Origin: Macrostomum lignano
Lineage: Eukaryota
Length of the DNA stretch: 64,000 nt
Assembly: GCA_002269645.1 (NCBI GenBank)
Contig: NIVC01003726.1
Location: 16,398 to 80,397 of the forward strand
Direction of reading: 5' to 3'
Position 1 is the first letter of the stretch. The number at the start of each line of letters is the position of its first letter. This document shows positions 58,071 to 64,000 of the stretch, piece after piece. The notes under the pieces were generated by a model that ran no database searches, had not been told where the DNA came from, and saw nothing but the letters and a program-made list of their open reading frames with translations. Position numbers and translations under genes: made by a program.

Positions 58071-60837
58071 ATAGAGCCATAAGAGCTCCATAAGATGAGC
58101 CAACTGAAGACTAAGATATGGAACCTGGAATCGCCAATAATCACTCGCTTGGTTTTCCATTCCAGGCCAGCTACGACTTTATCTAGAAATCATGACTGGA
58201 GCAGATTGCGTGCTATCCGTAAATGCAACAGCGCAATATAAACTAAGAAACAAAACACGAGCCTATAGGATAATCCTTCACGGATCCACTTCAAATCAAA
58301 GCCGCAACCACAGACAGGCCACAGATGGCCGCAAACTTCCCTTTTCCTCCCAGATCCCCAAACTTATCTACCTAGCATGAATATAGCCATGGCTATTGGA
58401 TGATGAAGAACGGGGGTGGCGGGAGATTTAATCCCTAGCTGGATCTATCTCGTGGAAACGGTCGAGCCATTATCAAGTGGGAATCCGGTAAGGGATATTA
58501 TATATAGGGGGATATCCGATAGCGGATCAAGGATGAGAGAGCTACTTTGTATTGCGTTTTCATGGAGTAGACGAATAGAGCGAATGCACATCAAGTTCGG
58601 AGGGTTTGGAAAATATACGAGTCAGTGAAAGAGAATCAGAGAGAGAGAGAGAAAGAGTTCAACTGATAGTATTAGGCATCTGCATGTCGAGCGAAAGACG
58701 AATTAACTCGAAAATGGGAGCTCGCAAAGATCGAATACTTGACTCGAGCGATTCGAGAGAATTAACGATATTAACCTTAATATAAGTGTTTTAGCTAAAG
58801 TTAGAAATTGCAACAATGAATTCGATTCTGGGGAATCCTGCATCCTTGAACAATATATGTCTGGGTGTTCTAAGATAGCTCCCACTGATTCTTTAATTTG
58901 TTTATGGAAGCGCTGACCGAACAATAACCAGAACCTTATATAATCCTGTTAGACTGCTTCAACCCACAGATTCGGATCCCAGAATATTCAGAGTGCAGCT
59001 TTAGCTAGGAGAGAGCAAAGATTAAGTTAAGTCCGATTCTAGGGGGGGGGGGGCAGAGGAGGGTCTGACCCACGCGCCTCAACCCCTGGTTTGATTCCCT
59101 ACAAGGCCACATTCATTTGGTGCAGGTTAAGCAGCGTTGGCCATGGTTAGAACGCTGCCGAATAGCCTGACAAATGTATATACGCGGTCATATATACTCT
59201 CTATTTCATAAGCAGGTGTTCAGACAGGTTACAACACTTAATTAGGAGCCACTTTTTCTCTTTTCAGCGCTTAGACGTCGTAGCATACCCAGCTTTTTAA
59301 TCATACGGATACAACTCAGGGTTCTTCTAGTGCCTAATTGGCTGTTAAGCTTGGCTCCTTCCACAGCAACCAGCCTAATTAAAGAGACATTTACACTCAT
59401 TAATAGAAAGCAAAAAATCAGACTTTTAACGAAAGATCAAAGGTGCACTCAGGTGTGCCTATGATCTCAAAGAGGCAAGAAATTACACACGCTACTTTGC
59501 CACCTGCACCCCGGCTCTGAAGAATGGCATGACTAGCATATGACTCCCTCATAGTGTTGGTATGCAAACGGATTCGCAAAGTTCTGTAGAATCCCAGTTT
59601 CATGACACAGGGGGTTTTTGATTTTTGCGAAATTCTACTAATTGGGCCCGCGCACTGAGCTGCTTGAGCGACTGTGCCGGCCCTTGATTCTAGATCAAGA
59701 AGAATGATTAAATCATAACTCACAGAGTACACACGGAATTCGAAAGCTTAAACATAATTCTGTCAAATAATAGTAGTTTATAGAACAGAAGTAGAGCAAT
59801 CAAAATAGCTGAGTCACACACTTCACACATGCCTTCTCCTCCTGCTCATAATCTTCCCTATCCTTACTCAAATTTGCACATTAGTGCCAACTTTATTTAA
59901 TATCTACGGTTAATATTATATCATCAATCTCACCATCGCACGCTTGAGTCTATAGATAAAGAGTATAGGAAGGAAAAGGCCCATTATTTTATCGCGAGAG
60001 AGAGAGAGAGAGAGAGCTGGCTGTGGTTATAGTGAGCATCTGCGGCTAAGGGATAAGCGGTATCGGAGAGCCCACACTGCAGGGTATCAGTTATCAAGTG
60101 ACGATCAGTTAGTTATCGGTGAGCAGTTGCTTGCCCGCCCAGCCCGCGGGGCTAGCAAATAAATAGCGTATCAAGATTTAGAAACTCCCAAGTCAGTGAA
60201 GCGGAATTCTCGGGTTCCACTGTATGCATATCTACCCAAAGTAGCGAATTGTACACTTATTAGCAAAAAACTCGTTTCAAACTCGCTCATTGCTACTCAA
60301 AATGTTCAAAAGTAGGCCTATTAGAGAGTCGTCATTGAATTTTGATGGAAATCAAGATTTGGCATTGTCGTAAAGCAAGCAGTGACTGGTTGGCGTGAAT
60401 TGCGCATCTGCAATTTTGGGGCTTGTGCACACACACCCACGAAGTCCAAAATTACCTCCCCCCCCAAGGTAGAGAATGTACATGTCTGACGAATAGGCCA
60501 GGGCCGCTGTACGCCATGGATTTTATGGTGGTGGGGGGGGGGGACAAAGCCAAGAATTCTACATGAACATGTACATTTTTTCAGAATCGGTGTGTCAGTG
60601 CTCATTTTGGAGCCGCAGGCACTATATTTTATCGTCCTGAAGCAAAATCATCGATTTCCATTACGGGTCATAAGGTTTAGGTGAGGGAGACAATGCATGT
60701 CCCCCGGTGGCGATGCCCCTGCGTGCAGTATACATGCTCAAGAGTCAACGGAATGGGTGCCTGCAGCCCACCTGCAAATATTTCTATTGTTCTACCTTAC
60801 CTCGTTAACTGAGAATTAGAACCCGACTCATTTCAAG

Positions 60838-61365
60838 CTTCAAATGCCAATCATTGCAGAGTACTTTCCGTTCAAAACGCTGGATAGAAGAATCTACCTA
60901 CGCGAGGAGCCTTCGCAACAGCAGCATCTGATGCCAACGCCGCAGATGATGACAGGCGACAGCGGAGTCTACGGCGGCGGCGGCGGAGCAGTCGGGATCA
61001 ACCACCGGCACTACCAGAGCCTGTACCACAGCCAGCGCCCCGACCCTCGCCGACAGCAGCAGGATCATCCCCTATTATCGCCGGCATTCGATCGGCCAAC
61101 AACGGGTTTAATGATCGACTCGCAGGGGCAGAGGCGCTCCCTGCACAAGTCCGAGTCCGACTTGATGCAGCAGCAAGAGCAGCAGCAGTCATACGAGAAC
61201 TGCTTCGACGGGCAGCAGCAAAATCCGCAACAGCAGCTGAGGCAGCAACGCCGCAGGCAGAGTACGAGAACTCTGCGCGTCGGCATCGACAGTCAGGACG
61301 CTGCCATGACGATGCAGAACAGCAATGGAAAGCCTTTCCCAGCTGTGCAGGCCAGCTTTGTGTAA
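60838..61365 (+). CDS. Probable terminal cytoplasmic exon of the protocadherin
   Basis: Acceptor TTTCAAG at 60837 gives phase 0, matching the donor at 47436. Open frame LQMPIIAEYFPFKTLDRRIY...Q-rich...QASFV* with exon-like GC content. Intermediate exons in the 13.4-kb gap cannot be excluded. Confidence 0.55.
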   Translation, partial: LQMPIIAEYFPFKTLDRRIYLREEPSQQQHLMPTPQMMTGDSGVYGGGGGAVGINHRHYQSLYHSQRPDPRRQQQDHPLLSPAFDRPTTGLMIDSQGQRRSLHKSESDLMQQQEQQQSYENCFDGQQQNPQQQLRQQRRRQSTRTLRVGIDSQDAAMTMQNSNGKPFPAVQASFV

Positions 61366-61603
61366 TGCACACGCACATAAACATAAACAGCTTAATGTAT
61401 GCATGGTCATTGGCGCCACAAGCTATGTGTAGCTTTTGTAATGCTAACTTAAAAGACGGACATGTCTAATTTCTAGGCTGGCTTGTCCCCTCAGTCGGAA
61501 ATTTGCGTGTTGTCTCTGGCATAACCTGTCTTTGTTATTTTAGGCTTTCAAATTTGGGTGTCCGTTATAGGCACGTGCATATTCAAGGGTCATTTAAACT
61601 AGG

Positions 61604-64000
61604 TCAGGGACACTGGTCGAGGATGTCCACCAGTTGAGACTTTTCCATGACTGTTAAGGCTTGATCAAGTGTCCATGGTGCCAACGGCTGAAGGTCCAGA
61701 AACTCCACCAGAGTGAAGGCCAAGGCGACCAACAAAGTCAGAGCTGATGCAGACACATGTGCTCGACGCGCAGATGAAATTTGGAGGCTGCGCTGAGCAA
61801 GGTTGCGCTGAGGCGCAGTGCTGATTGGCGATCCGACCTTCTTGCAGAATCGTTGAATATCTTGCCGATCCAGAGAGCTGGCGACTTAAATCTTAGTATG
61901 AGAAGGCGTGCAACAACAAGTTTCTTGAATTTCCTGTGCCTGCGTTGCTCCGTTCCGGCGCAGCAAGAAAAATTCAGGGTATCCCCGCTGGTGGCTAATT
62001 ATGAGATTAACGGAAGTTTAAATACTTTGCTATTTGACAGACTGAGCCTTCAAATGTTTTGTAAGAAACTTGCAGTAGCCCCTCTTGAGTGAAGAGTCCT
62101 TAAATATCATTACTTGTTATAAACCAACATAATACAAAACGATTGCTGACTTAATAATGCATATATAAAAATTGTGCAGGAAATTATAATTAGTTTAATC
62201 ACCACCGCTTATCATTTTGATATATGTATATAGGAGTAAGGAGTTGTTTTGGCATAAAAATACACTGACAGCTTTGACTGCTACAATTCTGCTTCAGAAT
62301 GCCACTGTGAAATTGTCTTATCCAAGTTTGACGCAGATAATTACAGAACAAAGACCAACACACAGTAAATGCTCTAAAAGATACCCTAATCACATTTTTG
62401 ATTGCTGCTGGGCGGCGGTCTGCCACTTGCACATGAGCTGGTCGATATTCTTCTTTTGAAACACGCTGACTGGCTTCGATTTCTGCAACAAATTTAAAGT
62501 GAAAAATATTTAACTTTCTTGACTTGAATGATTTGTCACTCTGCTCTGTTAGAATCTAAACATCAAGCTCACACTGATCCACCAGAGTGACAATGCCAAA
62601 GTCACGCCCAACCACCAGAGTGACAATGCCAAAGTCACGCCCAACCACCAGAGTGACAATGCCAAAGTCACGCCCAACCACCAGAGTGACAATGCCAAAG
62701 TCACGCCCAACCACCAGAGTGACAATGCCAAAGTCACGCCCAACCACCAGAGTGACAATGCCAAAGTCACACACAACCACCAGAGTGACAATACCAAGTC
62801 AAACCTATCAACCAGAGTGACAATGTTAAAGTCACACTCAAACACCAGAGTGACAATGCCAAAGTCACACCCAAAAACCAGAGTGACAATGCCAAAGTCA
62901 CACCCAAAAACCAGAGTGACAATGCCAAAGTCACGCCCAACCACCAGAGTGACAATGCCAAAGTCACGCCCAACCACCAGAGTGACAATGCCAGTCACAC
63001 ACAACCACCAGAGTGACAATACCAAGTCAAACCTATCCACCAGAGTGACAATGTTAAAGTCACTCCCAAACACCAGAGTGACAATGTCAAAGTCACACTC
63101 AAACACCAGAGTGACAATGCCAAAGTCACACCCAAACACCAGAGTGACAATGCCAAAGTCACACCCAAACACCAGAGTGACAATACTAAAGTCACACCCA
63201 TCCAACAGTGACAAATGATAAAGTCACACCCAACCATCAGAGTGACAATACCAAAGTCAAACACAACCACCAGAGTGACAATGCCAGTCACACACAACCA
63301 CCAGAGTGACAATACCAAGTCAAACCTATCCACCAGAGTGACAATGTTAAAGTCACTCCCAAACACCAGAGTGACAATGTCAAAGTCACACTCAAACACC
63401 AGAGTGACAATGCCAAAGTCACACCAAACACCAGAGTGACAATGTCAAAGTCACACCCAAACACCAGAGTGACAATACTAAAGTCACACCCATCAACAGT
63501 GACAAATGATAAAGTCACACCCAACCATCAGAGTGACAATACCAAAGTCAAACACAACCACCAGAGTGACAATACCAAAGTCAAACACAACCACCAGAGT
63601 GACAATGCCAAAGTCACACCAACTGAGCTCTATCTCACCTTCCGCTTGACCGGCTGGCCACCAGGCGTTCAACGTCCACCCAACGCGACGAGGCCGGATG
63701 CGCGCCGGCAGTCCGCGACGATCCCGACGTTGTCGCCGCGAACAACATCGGGGCTGCCGTCAAGATCGTCAGAGTCCTCAGCGTCAGCGGTGACCGCTTC
63801 GCAGGCAGCATCGTTAGAATCTTCATCGGCAGCTGTAGCGGCGGCGGCGGCCAACGCGCTGTCGGTGTCGTAGGGTCGAACAGCGACCGACATATGCGAG
63901 GAGGCGAACGAGGCGGAGTTCGTTGACGAGGTGGTCGATCGACTTGCCGACGAAGAGAACGCAGCCCACCACGGGCGGCGGCGGTGGTGGCGGCGGCGGC
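61604..64000 (-). CDS. 3' part of an unidentified gene, truncated at the window edge; contains an in-frame TGA
   Basis: Candidate exons >64000-63639, 62482-62394, 61877-61604 are phase-compatible and GC3-rich: D/A-rich segment...LGGR*TPGGQPVKRK-KSKPVSVFQKKNIDQLMCKWQTAAQQQSKI-SLDRQDIQRFCKKVG...LVDILDQCP*. The TGA is at 63671-63669. Confidence 0.4.
62577..63620. repeat. 33-bp ACCAGAGTGACAATGCCAAAGTCACGCCCAACC array
   Basis: Intronic; each unit has a GTGAC-N9-GTCAC inverted repeat. Confidence 0.95.

Noticed and set aside
60499-60720. Second hAT-like MITE (CAGGGCCG...CCCCTG)
   Set aside because: The termini match poorly and the flanks (GAATAGGC versus CGTGCAGT) are not a TSD.
61650-61890. Cys-rich EB/EGF-like reading (CASAQPC...C...CVC) on the minus strand
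   Set aside because: It is an alternative frame of an exon whose other frame joins better with the upstream exon; unresolved without transcripts.
63639-63720. Chromodomain-like WVDVERLVASR in an alternative frame
   Set aside because: No YLVKW-type continuation, and codon bias favours another frame.

Overview
Eukaryotic (animal) genomic DNA: GC-rich spliced exons separated by AT-rich introns, many carrying their own micro- or minisatellite. This style suggests a free-living flatworm such as Macrostomum (inference only, no database check). By manual GT-AG exon joining I find seven genes: (1) a 17-exon, 798-aa WD40 protein on the minus strand, head-to-head with (2) CFAP276/C1orf194, with an RFX X-box-like site between them; (3) a 290-aa tetraspanin; (4) a PDE9-like phosphodiesterase; (5) an RBM33-like RRM protein; (6) a three-exon, 103-aa calcitonin-type neuropeptide precursor that the ORF track does not show as such (signal peptide, KR, 32-aa disulfide peptide ending Pro-Gly-Arg-Arg); (7) a 7-repeat protocadherin with a 1-bp frameshift. 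The 3' part of an eighth, unidentified gene lies at the right edge. Also present: a 540-bp hAT-type MITE with a perfect 8-bp TSD, tRNA-derived SINE-like heads and about 35 tandem-repeat arrays. Most long ORFs in the track are repeat translations. The top finding is the calcitonin-type precursor.
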